DNA of 64,000 nt. Origin: Blastocystis sp. Blastoise (Eukaryota > Protista > Bigyra: Opalinata). Below the pieces are notes generated by a model. It worked only from the letters and a program-made list of their open reading frames with translations. It ran no database searches and was not told the origin of the DNA. Position 1 is the first letter of the stretch; every line of letters begins with the position of its first letter. The translations under genes and the position numbers were made by a program. Below are positions 1 to 15,700 of the stretch, one piece after another. The stretch spans positions 620,001-684,000 of the forward strand of contig JBBPEB010000024.1 in the NCBI GenBank assembly GCA_039096225.1, in the 5' to 3' direction.

Positions 1-939
1 TTTTGATTTAATGACTTGAATCTTAAAACTAATCATGATTTTAATTTAATTAACATTCATTCTTTTCATTTCCTTATTATTCAATAAATTTGAATTTATA
101 GTAAGAATTACTTTATTTTGTTACTTATAAATTGTTATGATCTACAAGAATAGCATTAAAATAAATCAAAATAAACACTTATTATCATTCTTCATTCCAT
201 TAGTTGTGGTAATAAGTCTATTCTATATTGATTATTAATCATGATACTATGAGTGTTATTGATTCATATAGATGACTTCTGAATTCCTTTCTTTTATTTA
301 CATTTTGGTTTTTCATCTTCTTTATAAAATCTGTTTGATCATCAATTTATATTCAGTATTACTCAAATAATTATAATTCATATGAATCACTTATCTAGGT
401 TATGATAATGATGCTTTTTGATAATTATTCCAATTGATTCCTATATTTGTGTTTTTATATATTTAATATATATAAATTATGTTTATAATGAATTTCTCTA
501 TTCATTAAATATGACTTTATTTCCTTGAATGTTAATATCCTTCACATTATTCGAAAATTCATTATCTTCTCTTTTTTTTATTTTTAAAGAAATTAATCAT
601 GATATATAGTATACTGTTAGAATTATTATATGAATAAGTATATTATCTCTTTCAAAACAGTTATTATAATCTATTTTTTAGTGTACTATAAAAAAGTACA
701 GAATAAACAAAATAAAACCATGAATTCATAACAAATAATAATAAGATATTATATTAAAAATAAAAAAATATTAAAAAACTAACATATATAATTAATAATG
801 GCTACTATTCCATTATTGTCAAATCAAATAATACAATTAGATATATATAATTAATTGAAATTTAAATTGATATTTTTAAAAAAATAATGAATATAAATAT
901 ATACTACAAATAGCAACATAAAAAAACATATAAAAAAAT

Positions 940-2101
940 TTAATATATTTTTTTGAATTTATACTTTACTTGATTTTCCTGAATAAATGAAGAGTTTTTT
1001 AATTGTTGCTCATATATATTTATTAATTCATCTGAAATATCATTACCTATACAAAACATTATCAATATGTATATATAGATATAATTGTATTCTATATACG
1101 GTTATAAATAATAAACTCCCTCAATTTTGGGATTTTTCCAGTAGCTATAAAGTCGATCAATTTTGATAGGTTTTCCTTATAATGAATATCTAGAAGAAAA
1201 AATAGTGAAGGTTTCTAGTATATAAATACTTATTTTAAAACTTTTTAAATATTGAGTTTTATTGTCATTTATGCAATCAAATAATGTTTCTATCTCATAT
1301 TTATTCATCACTTTATCTATATATATATAAATATAAATATGCTACGACAATAGTTATACTTTGAGAACCAACTAATGTATCTATAAATGAATTCTTATCA
1401 TATTTACATCGAAGAATAGAAGTATTATGATCATAAATATATTTAGTATAATTAATATCTATAGAATCATAAAATTAATGAATATGATAATATTATTTAT
1501 ATTAACTTACCCATTAATTGAATACTAGTTGATAATGGAAAGTTATTATGATTAATATACGTACATATCGTTTGAAAAAAATCTTTCAGCCAGTCTTTAT
1601 TCAAGTTACCTATGAATATATATATATATTTAATAAAAATAATTATTATATAACAAAGAAATCAAACATAAAGATTTATGATGTATAATATATTATTATT
1701 ACTATTAATATATACAAATATCGATAGATTTCAATTTAGGGAAATTATTTGTAGTATATAGTTCACAAAAGTTTTCATCTGGTATGTCATTAATGTCTAG
1801 AATAATATTTATAAAGAAAGAAATTGATATAGTATATCCTATAATTAAAGCATATATATACTTAAATATAATTCAGTTGCATTATGAAAACAACCTTTGA
1901 GAATTAATCGATTTATAGCAGTCATAGAACAATCTAATAAAAATAATAAATCCAATTAATTATTATTATTAAATATAAAAATTATATATATATATATAAT
2001 ATACCTTTTATTCTAACAATAGAAGCCTTTGAAATTATTTTGTCCAATATATTCTCGAATACAGGTAAATATTCAGAGGTTAAGAATACGCTAATAGAAT
2101 T

Positions 2102-2173
<72 letters not shown>

Positions 2174-2438
2174 ATATATTAAAATATATATATACAATCA
2201 ATGGTTAATTCATGAAGAGAATTTATTTTATTATCATTAAATATATTTGATATCCATTCTAAAGATTCTAAATTCATAATTCCATTAACTATATATATTA
2301 TATAAAGTATAGTAATAATAATATATAAATAAAGAGTATACATGTAACACTTAAATAGTTCAAATGTTGTAATATATTACTCTTTAAAAAACTTTCTAAA
2401 GATTTTTTTGTATCTTCATTTATATAGTCTATAAATAA

Positions 2439-2502
<64 letters not shown>

Positions 2503-4863
2503 TGAATACATCCGAATGTAATACGTAAACGATCAATATTTTGATAATCATTGTCAAAATTATCTAATTTTTTGGTATTTATAAAATCAGAACTATCAAC
2601 TTTATAGTATATGAATATATTTAATATATAACATATAAAATAATATATTAAATATAAATAATAAACATTTATACTATCAAGTTTAGAAATAGAAATAAGA
2701 TTCTTCTTAAGTAATGTCTTTAAATGTGGTAAAGAATAGATAAACGTATCTATATAAAAAAAGAAGAATTATATAGAGAATGTGATATTATTAACTACAT
2801 ATATACTATATAACTGTGTAGAAACTTCATCAATACGAATTGATTGAGTATAAACTAGATTATCCAAGAGATTAACTATTTCCTCCTTATCGTTGATACC
2901 AGCTCTATTTAATTTAATAGTATCAATTATAGACATTAAATCCATAGGAAACAAAAGCATAAAATTGTCAGTAGCTAGAATAAAATGAATATATAATTAA
3001 TTAATATATAAATATACTTATTTCACTATCGTAATTGATAATATGTAATTTTGGGAAACATTCTTTCTTTAACTTAGATAATAAAAATGATCCTATAATT
3101 ATATTTACAATTATATTATATTATATTATATTATATTATATTATATTATATTATATTATATTATATTATATTATATTATATTATATATATCTACTTTCAT
3201 TATAGATGAGTTCAGTAACATTTGGAAATACATGAGTTGCCATTATTTTATTAAATCGATTATAATCAATTTTATCAGCTAATATTCTAACTATATTAAA
3301 TAATAATATAGAGTAATAGTATTGTAATAATAACTAGACACAAATACTCCACGTTAAACTTAATGTAGTTAAAGAATCAAAATTACCCACTTCTAATGAT
3401 TTTATAATAATCATAGCGTCATTTTCAGAATATGAATAAACTAATGTTTAATATTATATTTATAATGTATTTATTTACATCCATTAAACTCGATTTCTGA
3501 AAGAGATAAATAAGAACAAAGTTGTAATAATTGAGACATACCCAATTTTGAAGATATTTCATCAATACTAATTAGTATATATATATAGAAGAATAAATTA
3601 ATGATATCAAAAATTTTATATATGAACATACTACATTTTTTTATGCTTTTTATGATCTATATATATAAGAATTATTAATGAAAATATTTTATTCTATATA
3701 TATATGTACTATCAAATGTAATTCTAGCCATATCTTTAAATTTATTATAACAAGCCATGTCACTATTTTTAACTTTTGAATAATCATTTGTGTATATAGC
3801 TTCAGTAATAGTATTTCTATCCAATTTGGGTAATTGACTATTTTTTCTACTTTTACTACAAGAAACAATCAAATCATTGGAATAATATATAGGATTGGTA
3901 TCTAAAGAAGAGATATTATTATATTTATTCATTTCTGATTCTTTGTAATAATCATATTCTTCAGGTTTTTTTGTTTCAGAATCATCACTATAGGATTGAC
4001 GAGCAGATTTTATTTTATATTCATCACTTCTTTGATTCAATAATAATCCATTTTTTGTTTGTTTTGTTGTTACTATTATAATTAATAATAGTAATTATAT
4101 GATATATATATATACCATATATAATTAATTCTTCTAAAGAAGGGAATATATCTTTAATACATGATGGACATATATATTCTAATGGAATATTTGAGTCATA
4201 ATCATCTATATATATTATCATTTATAATATATATATACATTCAATTCTAATATTAGTAATATTTATCATCTTGAAAAGAAGAGAATAATATAATAATTTA
4301 TCTTTTCGTTGAGGTGTCAATAATCCTATATATATATTATTTGTAAAGAAAAATATAAAATTACCTTTCATGATTATTTTTTTTTTAATTGTGTTAAATA
4401 GATCTATAGGAGTATCATATAACAGTCTTTTAGTTGTATCTCCTTCAAATATCTCATAATTATTTTCTTTAAAATATTCAATAAATAATTCTTTAATATG
4501 GAAGACTAAATCACTTTGAATTTCATCATCAAGTCTAGCTGAATATTCATAAAGTGTTTTATATATATCATAACTTTCTTGTAGATTTAAAGAAGAAATA
4601 TCTTTATTTTCATCATTAAAAAAGGAAACCACTTTTTCCATATGAAAAGGAAGCATATCTATATAATAGCTGCCATCATCATATTTCTCAGAGTGTTGAA
4701 TAATATCATGAAATAATGATTGAGTATTCTTCTTAATAAATTCTCCAGGAATCCACAACTGCGTCTCATCTTGAAATGTAAATAAATCTAAATATAAATT
4801 AATTTTTTTCATTCATATTCAAATACATTTTTCTTCAGCTGGTTCGGCTACACTTTCTGACAT
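940..4863 (-). CDS. BTB/POZ-like + FPKL/LRR-like repeat family protein (paralogue A), multi-exon
   Basis: Spliced start MSESVAEPAEEK|YLFTFQDETQLWIP...DGSYYIDM (KCTD/T1-type BTB-like). Repeated FPSL/FPNV/FPKL motifs on short GT-AG exons. Ends ...FIQENQVKYKFKKIY-TAA at 940. Confidence 0.8.
3111..3186. repeat. (ATATT)n pentanucleotide microsatellite inside an intron of paralogue A
   Basis: Direct reading of tandem ttata/atatt units. Confidence 0.9.
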
Positions 4864-5826
4864 GGCTTTTTAAACTAAATAAATATAAAGATCACAAAAT
4901 GATATAGAAAAATAACAATATTTTATATATATAATATGTAGATTCATGGAATTTACGGTGTTAAATAAGAAAATAATATTTATTTCAATTATTTAAGAAT
5001 AATAAATAAAAAATTAATGTAGAATAAGTTTTTTCTCTCTTTTATCTCACTATTAGCTTTCTTCTAGTATTTCTTTTTTTTATAGTCACAAAAATAAATC
5101 ATGATTATTCTAAAATATATGCTTTATAATTATAGATTTCCCATGATTTAAAACAAAAATAATCATGATTTTTAATTTTTATTTATTATTTAGTTTAGAT
5201 GTTAATTTAGGTGCTACAATTAAAATATTTTTCATTAATTGAATTTATTAGGTTATATTGATTTCTCCTGATTTATTTAGAATATAATGAGACCATAACA
5301 AGGTAATTATTGAGAATCAACTTTTATTATATTTATTTCCAGTTAATTTATTATTTACATTATGTTACTATAAGTATAATAAATAATATCAGAACATTCT
5401 AAAATTAAATTATTCTTCTTTATTTCCATTTGGAAGAATTAACTTATAATAAACCAAGATTTTAAGCATCTGAATTGTTTAAAGAACTTAATAAAGTAGA
5501 ATCAATATTTCTTTTTATTATTCTAATATAGAAGAAGTCAAAATAATCAAAATGATATCTTCAAAATGTAATTATCATAGAATCTAATTGTAATTATAAT
5601 GATAAAATAATTATCATTTAGTCTAATTCTGTTTTTTTTAAATAAAAGAGTTTTTTGTCGTTAAAACTATAAAAACAAGGAATAGTATGAACAATGTTAT
5701 TGTATTTATTAATATATATAGATTTGAGTATAACTTAATTAATATTTATATCATAAAAAAACAATAATTAAGCAACTAAAAAAATTTAATACATTAATAT
5801 ATATATAAATAACAACAATTTTAACT

Positions 5827-6745
5827 TTACTCTTTATTTTCATTTTCGTCGATAGTTGAAATAGAAGAAATAGAACCATCTTTCTTTATATCATTTTGTA
5901 AATGAGGAATAAACACAGGAGGACTATAAGCTTTATTATCAAGTTCCTGTTGAATATCAAGATCCGAAGGAATAACAGTTCGACTAATACGATTTATAGG
6001 AGATATACTATTATTTCTATTAGAACTTGTTATTAAAGTATTCTTATTCTTTTGTTTCTTTGATTTCTCTTTATGATTCGAGACTTTTGTTTTTTTAGAT
6101 TTTCTCTCCTCATTATTATTTTTATTCTCATTATTATTCTTATTATTTTCAATAATATTTTCATTATTAGTATGAGAATGAGACAAAGAAATAGGATATA
6201 TTAATGGATTAGGAGAGGATAATGGGTTTTGAGATGAATATCCTGAAGAAGAAATAGAAGAAGTTCGATGTCCAGAATAATAGCCAAAAGAAGAATTTCG
6301 ATGAGAAGGAGAGACAAGAGAAGGAGAACCATTTGAACTATATCTATTATTATTCCATAAAGGAAGAGGAGATTGACTGAAATCTAATCGATAATTATTA
6401 TTTGTATATATAGGTATATGAGATAATGTATTATTAGAAGAAATAGGAATTTGATTTGATATATTGATTGATGAATCATTTAATAGTTTAGATGGATCTA
6501 TAGTAGATAGTATAGGCACAGGTATATTTGAATTATTAAGAATAGGTGAATGACCATTAGTATAAGAATGAATACCTGATCGAGTAGGAGATATAGTTGA
6601 ATTAGATATAGGATAAGGAGATGAAGAATTATTATTATTATTTAATATGATTTGAGAAGGAGTTAGATTATTATTATCATTTTGATTTATAGATTGATTA
6701 TTAATAGAAGATTGAGGAAGAATAACCATAGATTTCACACGATTT

Positions 6746-6779
<34 letters not shown>

Positions 6780-9700
6780 TTTGATTCATTTTTGATGCAT
6801 TTAGAGCATCTATATTAAGAGATCTTCTTGTTAATAATGATTTACGATCTAATATTATAGTATCCTGTAATTCATTATTTTCTTCACAATTCTTATTTAT
6901 AGTTGATGAATCGACTGGATCATGAGGAGATTTAGAATTATTATTATTATTATTATTATTATTTATAATCTTTGAATCTTCTTCTATTGGACTTTTAGAT
7001 CCTTTTTTAACTTTACGAATAATAATTTTCTTTACTTTCTTCTTATTCTTATTATCTTCATTTAAATCATTATTATTATCATCTTTTATATCTTCAATAG
7101 TTTCAGAAACAGGAGAATTACTATTTTTCTTAACAATCTTCTTTACTATACGTTTCTTAATAATCTTTTTTACTTTACGTTTAGGTTTCTCTTCTGTTGA
7201 TTCTATAGGTGTATTTGATTCATTATTATTCTCATTATTTTCTTTATGAATAATATCAATATTATTTTCATCATTATTAATTATAATATTATTTTTCTTT
7301 GATTTATAAGAATCTAAACTACTATGTTTTGATGAAGAATTAGAATTCGAATTCGATTTTGAATTTGATATAGAAACACTTGAATTCATGGATTGATGTT
7401 TAGACTCTACTATAGGTTCATGAGATATATTTAATATAGACATAGAAGCTCTAGAAGGATGATTCTGTTTTGGTGAAGATAGTATATTCATAGAAGATCT
7501 CATATTTCTTATTGTAGAAGGATCTATAGTTTTTGATAAAAATTCTCTTCTAGAATTTAAATTAAAATTATTCTTTGAATTATTTTCTTGAATATCTTCA
7601 TTATTATAATTATTATTCTTTCTTTGATTCATATTCAATAGAGTTCCTCCACGTAAGAAATTAGGATTTCCTACAACAGAATCTGCTGTGATTATCATCT
7701 TTTTATTATTATTATTAGAAAATGAATTATTATGACTATTATTACGACTATTATAAAGATGAGAGCTATCTCCACTTCCATCAATATCTAATCCCATAGA
7801 TAAATCTTCAGTATCATTACTATATAAATGATATCGATCTCTATCATGATCTCTAGAATTGAATTTATGATCAAAACTATTACTATTTTTATGATGATAT
7901 TGTGAATAGGATAAATATAAGGAAGGTCTATTAATAGAATCTTGATCATAAGTACTACAAGTACTACTCGTACGATGGAAATTATTCATTGAATAAGATC
8001 GAGTTATATTTGCATTATAATATTCATTAAATGATATTGTATGAATACTATGACTAAATAATGAATGTTCTAAATTCATATTCATAGTTGCTTGTAATAA
8101 AGGTAATAAACGTTCTTTATCATTATTATCTGTTGATTTTAAAATAGGAGATGTAGATCCTATTGTTGATGAAGGAATACTATGAGAATCAACATTATTT
8201 ATATCTATTCCTTCAGGTATATTCATATCTGTATTACTATTAATAGAAGAAGAACGTTCATTATGAATAGAAGAAGAATCACTTGAAGGAAATTGTAAGG
8301 ATATATATCCAGGAGAACTAAATGAACGAGTTAAAGAATGAGGCTGTAATTGTAATTGTTGTAAATAAGTATAATATAACTATAAAAAAAGATATTATTA
8401 TTTTATAGTAATATAATAATAATAATAAATATATACTTGTAAAGCTTTTATACGTTTAATTCTTCGTTTAATTTCTTGTTCATTTTTATTTACTATAATA
8501 GATTTTTCTTTCCATAATTCATCTTGTTTCATTTTCTGTTGAGTTTCAAAAGCATATTGATTTTCTGTTAATCGATATTTACCTCGATCTCTTAAATCAA
8601 TACCACTATTGATCCATTCTTGTGTTTCACTATGCCATTGATCTTCAATTCGATCACTTTCTTTTGTTGTCTCTAATTTCACAAAGGTCTTATTCATAAA
8701 ATCCCATCGAAATTTATATCGTAATAACATAAATAATAAATATCTATAGAAATAGATATATTATTTTTATAAATAATTTAAAATATAATAAATAAAATAA
8801 TAAAAATAATAAATAATAATTAATAAAAAAATAATTAATAAAAAACACTTACAATAAAATAATAAAACATGGAAGATAAACAAAGCAAATAATCATTGTG
8901 ATTGTATTAATTTGGAAATTTTGATTTGTATATATATAAGGATAAGATCCTTTTGATAATTTTGGTCTTATAATAATACCATAAACACCACTTTCTTTGA
9001 TATTACATAGAATCATACTTTTTTCAAATCGATATTGAATTTCATCTAAACATTCAAATTCATTTCGTTTTTCATTTAATTTAGCAATACAATGTTCATC
9101 TTCTGTAATATCTAATGGATGACGATAATAAGTATTATTCTGAAGTACACGAGGTAATAACCATACTTTACGAGGGAACATTAAATCGATCTCTATTGCA
9201 TTGATTAACGATTCTACACGTTTATTATAAATATCTATAAAAGTTAAATTTAATATTAATCCATGTTGAATTACAGGTAAATGTAAAGATAATAAAGAAG
9301 AATCATATCGAGGAGGTTCATATATAGCTATAGGTTTTCCTGAAATAAAACGTAATTCTTGAAGACGTGTATAATTATTAGCTTTATATGTATATTGATT
9401 TAATTGTGAAGATGATAATGTTGTTATGGATAAAAATATTGGTAAATTTGTAGAATGTAATTGAGCTATATAAAAATAATATATTTTATTAATTAATTAA
9501 TATATATATATATATATATACCATGAGGTGTATGTATATAACCATAAAAATCATTCGTTTGAGTATATAGAATAATTTGTTTTGATTCTTGACCTAATAA
9601 AGTAATACGATAATCATAAGGAAGTATATCTCTTGGATTTAAATATAAACATTCTGATATAGAATAATGACAACTACCATCAAAACATCTATAAATGATT

Positions 9701-12700
9701 TATTATTATTATTATTATTATTATAAAATAATTAAAATAAAATAATAATAATAAAATAAAAATAAAATAAAAATAAAAAAACATACCTATACATATTATT
9801 TGGACAATTATACAATCCTTTACATGATAATGTAGATTCTGTTTCTTTAGAGAAAGATATACATGTAGAATCAGGACATCTTAATTGATTGTTCATACAT
9901 CCATAAGTAATAGGACATGTTAATCTACAAATACCATCTGAACATAATTGATATGTAAATATAAAGCAACTATATGTATTATTATTTGAATATAGAATAG
10001 GAATAAAAATAGATAATGTAGTAGAATCATAATGAATATTAATTTGATTTGATTTTTCTTTAGAATAAATAGAATAATCATAATAATGATAAGGTGAATA
10101 AATAGATCTTCCTACTTGTTGTCCTGATGGTGATATAAATATAGAATTACAATCGATATTGATATCTACACAAATACCATTAGGACATCTTTTAGGAGAT
10201 GTAGTAGGACAAGGAGGAATAGGAGGACAAAGAGAAATATCACGAAAAGATCCATCAGGACATAATGTAATAGAAGAAAAAGGAGAAGGAGAAGGAAGAG
10301 ATGAAAATAATGTTATATTTAATGTTTCACAATAAAGAGGAGAAGATACACATAAATCATTATAACAATGATAAGGAAGATTCTCAGGACAATTTGATAG
10401 TAATGGACAATCACCTTCATTTAATACACATGTACCTATAAAATATTATTATTATATAATTATTATATATACCATCAGGACACTCTACAGGTAAATGTGA
10501 AGGACAAAAAGGAAGTTTTTCTGGATCTTGCTATATATAGATATTATTATTATTATATAAATAAAAACAAATAAAAACAAAAAAAAACAATAAAATACAA
10601 CATACATTACAATTTATACATGGTTTACATAAACTATAATGAGCTACACAACTCATATCATCACATAGAAAAGGAATATCTTTTGGACAAATAGGTCTTT
10701 TTGGGCAACTTCTATATAGAAAACTAATTTCTTGATCTGTTTCTTTTCCTTGTATTAATGTATAATTATCTATAGAATTATAAGGATTATCAGATTGATC
10801 TTCATTTATAATATTTAAAGATAATAAAATAGGTGAATATCGCTGACCATGGAAAGGAATACAATCTCCAGAAGCACATGCTTGAGAATGATATATAGAA
10901 CATCTATTTAATAATAAACATTGTGAAGGATGAGAAACACATTGACCATTTGGACATATATAAGATTGATTTATAGGACAAGAATATGTATTAGAATTTA
11001 GAATAGAAGAACATTCATTTCTTGTAGAAACACAAGTACCATTAGAACATAATATAGGATGAAGAGGAGAACAACCATTAATAAATGTACATTCATTAGC
11101 ATTTCTTACACATTCTCCTCGAATACATTTATAAGGTCTTTCATGAGGACAAGAATGATATGTATATTCAGTTGTACAATTATAAGAATATTTCACACAA
11201 CGACCTGTTGGACATTTATAAGGAGATGATAATGGACAACCTATATATATTATTATTTTATTATTATTTATTTATTAATTAATATATATAATATATATGT
11301 AATAAATAAAACCTTACCATTATCACTAAGACAATCTTCTTCTTTTTCAACACATAATCCATTATATAATCCTGTTTTACACATATAATTATAAGGAGAT
11401 GTACATATAGTTCGATCAGTACATAAAGAAGAAGAAGCACGACAACTACCATCAGAACAACGAATATAATTTGTATTATAATTACTTGTATTACAAGGCA
11501 TAATCAAAGGACAATCTGTATACGATTTCACACATATACCTATAGCACATCGAATTGGTTTATCTTCACTACATAATGAAGGAAGACTAGAAAAATAAGA
11601 ATATAAATATTGACGATCTACAAAATAAACTAAAGGAGATTCAAAGAGTTCTGAAGAAAATAAGGATAGTTTATTATTAGTATTATTATTATTTATTAAT
11701 GTATGTTCATATTCATTTAATAAAGGAGATGATTTCTGAAGATTATTTTCTGTAAAGAAAGATTTATCCATATATTTCATAAAAGAATCGATTATTGTAT
11801 TATATATTGTATTTATTATAGATTTTATATTATTCATTATTTTATTAATATAACTATTATTATTTATATCTGTATTCAATAATGAAGTTTCAAATAAAGA
11901 AGGAGAAGGAGATGTATCTTCAGGAATAAATGAATAAGAAGAATAAGGACAATAAAAAGTAGATATCATACATAAACCATTCTCACATTGTTTATATGGA
12001 GCAACACATAAAGCTAGATAATATTTATTTATTATTATTATTATTATAAATAAAAAAAAATAATTAAATAATAAAATAATAAAATAATAAAATAAAAAAA
12101 AACAAACATACGACTACATTCTTCATCTTCTTTTATACATTCACAATTATAACATGATTTAGGTTTAGAAGAAGAGCAACCATTCGAAAGAGGACAATCT
12201 TCTATAGATTGACGACATGTACCATCTAAACAACGTATATATCCATTAGTATTACAAGTCCAATCACAAGAAGAATGATAAATATCTATATTATTCTTTG
12301 AACTATCTTTTGAATAACATATTAATGTATTATGACACCATCCACTAAATTGATCATTATTACAATTATCATTCGATGTACATTCTTCTTTTGAAGATAC
12401 ACATAATCCTGAAATACATTTATAAGGTTTAAACATAGGACATAAAGGTTCAGAACATAAAGAAGAATCACGAACACATGTACCATCAGAACATAAATAT
12501 TTATCATAACTACAAAAACCAGTCACATAATGATCTGTTTCCATTGAATATTTATCTATAAAAAAGATATTATATATTATAAAAATATATATTTTATTAT
12601 AAAAAAATATATATTATAAAATAAAATAAAAAAAAAAAAATAAAATAAAATAACAATAAACACCTACTATAATAACCTTCATATCCATTAATACAATCAC

Positions 12701-15700
12701 TTCGATCTTTAACATATTCTCCATGAATACTACAGAAACTAGTAAATTTAGTAACTTGTCTTGCTCCTGTAGTAATACATTTTCCATTAAGACAATTCGA
12801 AGGTACATAAGGAGGTATAGGTGGACAATCATCTTCAGAAACATGACATGATTGATCCCAACATAATATAGGATTTGTAGTTGGACAATATAATAATGGA
12901 CATTTCTTTGTTATAAATACACAACTACCATCATTACATAATTTATAATTAATAGGACAATGAATAGTATTAAGACACTGATTCTGATGATAATGACATA
13001 ATCCATCACTACATAAAATAGGTTTATTTCTTGGACATATACGATAAGAAGGACATTGTTCACTTTGAGATATACAACTACCATCTATACATCGTTTACT
13101 ACCTTTAGGACAAAGAGGAGGAGGAATAGAATTCGATAAGATATTCGATTGAAAGGATGTATCTGTAGATAATGGATCCCAATAATATTTATTTATAGAA
13201 GTTAAAGATCCTTCTATAGAAGCAATAGGATCTCCTGTAGGTATAAAATAGGGAGATATACTATATATATAATAACTATCATCACTATAATGTATATTAT
13301 ATCTTCTACAAGGATAAAATTGATAATTACGTGAACATAAATGCTGATATCGATCTTTTATTTTATTTATACAATTATTTATATCTTCTTTATTATTATA
13401 TACATTACATACATCGATATACATTTCTAAATATTTACTAACACATTGTTCTTTTGTATGTTTTATATTTAAATCAGATTTATCATGATATTCTGTTATA
13501 TCTAAATATTCTTCACTATATTCTTGTAAAGAATTATAGATATAAGGGAATATATTGGTAACACCATAAGTACTATCTTCAATCATATAACAACCTCCAT
13601 CTTCACATCTCATTTCATTATCTCTACATACAGATATAGTAGGACATAAATAAGAATGTTCTACACATATTTTTTGATAATCACACATATAGAATCCTAA
13701 TGGACAATGATAATTAGATTCATCAGTACATAATGAATAAGAAGATACACAATAACCAGTATCACATAATATAGGACTCGTAGTAGGACAAATAACAGGA
13801 CTTGAACATAATAAACTATTTCGTACACATGTTTTACTAGAAGAACAATAATATGGATAAGCAGAAGGACAATGAGAAGTTAATAATATTGAAGAAGAAG
13901 GAATAGTTATATTTGTAGTTGTTTCTAAAGATTTATTTTATTTATATAGTTTATTATTTATTATTATTATATAATATATATATATACTTCCTTGTTGATT
14001 TCTTTCAATAAAATGAATTTGTGAATAACAATCTTGATTCTTTTCAACACAAGTACCATTATCACAAAGAATAGGTTTTTCAAAAGTACATAAGATACTA
14101 GGTCTACATTGTTGATAGAATAAAGCACATCCTCCTTTAGGACAATTTATATAAGGAGATCGACAAAGAGGTGTTTGAGAACAATAAAAAGATGAAGGTT
14201 TACATGTATTATCAGGACATAATACAAGAGGAGAAGGACATGTAAAGTTATTAAAGAAAATATATAAATATATAAATAAATATATAAATATAAATATTAT
14301 AATATTATAAAGGATATGTAACATGTGTTGGACATTCAAGCATAGAAACAACACAAGTATTATCATTACATTTATAAAAGTTCTTTGGACAATTTGTATA
14401 GATATTAATGATTGTAGATTCATTTAAAGATTTTTCATAAATAATATTATTATAAGCATCTTTATGATAGAGAGGATAAGGAAATAAAGTAGTTTCTTCA
14501 TTATTATTATTAGTAATTGTTTTAATAGAAGAAATAGTTTGAATATTATTATTAAGAATAGAAGAAGATGAATATAAATTCATATTTTTTGATCTTGTAT
14601 TCGGTGCACTTTCAGATAAATTTAAATATAAGAATTTATTATCATATTGATAATTATAAGTTTCACCAAAAATAAATATAGAATCCGAAATACATTGATT
14701 TGAAGGAGATAAATGATAATATCTTGGACATGTAATTGAAGAAGGACATAAAGTAGCATTCTTAACACAATATCCTTGAGGACATCGATAAGGATACGTT
14801 AATGGACATGTTGTATATATACATTCAGATATACTATAATTATTATTATTATTATAATATAAATATATATATACTTATGTGTACACATTCCATCAGGACA
14901 TAAAATAAGTGGTTTAGGACAAAAACGAAGAGAAGGACATTCAATTGGATCAATAACACAACTTTTCTATTTATATATATATTATTAATATAATAATAAT
15001 AAAATAATTATAAAAAAATACTTTATCCCAACATAAAATAGGAGCATAAGAAGGACATTGAATAGAATTTTTATATTGATTACATTCTTCTATAGATACT
15101 GCACAAGTAACTAGATCTCCACAAGTAATTGTAGAAGGTGGACAATAAATTTGTTGAGGACACATTTGCTTATTTATAGCTATTGTTCCATCAACACATA
15201 TTACTTTATTTGTATCATGTATAGGAAAAGAAGGACATCTAAAAATATATTATATTATATTATATTAATTATAAAAATAAAATCAATCTATATACTTCAT
15301 ATAATTATCAACACAAGCTCCATTTTCACATATATATCCATGACAAGTACAATTATGAATATCTTGTTGACAACCTATAAGAATATCTTCAGATTCACGA
15401 TTCATACAAGCTTCCATTCCTAGAGGACAAGTAAGACTATTATGACAATCATTCCAATCAGAAACACAATGAATAGTTTGCCCATTATCAAAGAATTCTA
15501 TAGGATTCTTTATGTAATCACCATTCATATTATTATAACACATATAAGGACTAAGAGAAGAATGCTGTTTACATAAAGAAGGAAGGAAAACAAGATTTGG
15601 TTGAGTAGCTAATAATATCTTTGTATAGATTTCTGTATTTGTAAGATCATCCCAAGTAATATCTGTTAAATAAAAATCTATAGATCCATAACCATATAAA

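Noticed and set aside
900-960. Blastocystis-type stop codons created by polyadenylation
   Set aside because: All gene ends I traced have genomic in-frame stops and no clear TGTTTGTT motif just downstream.
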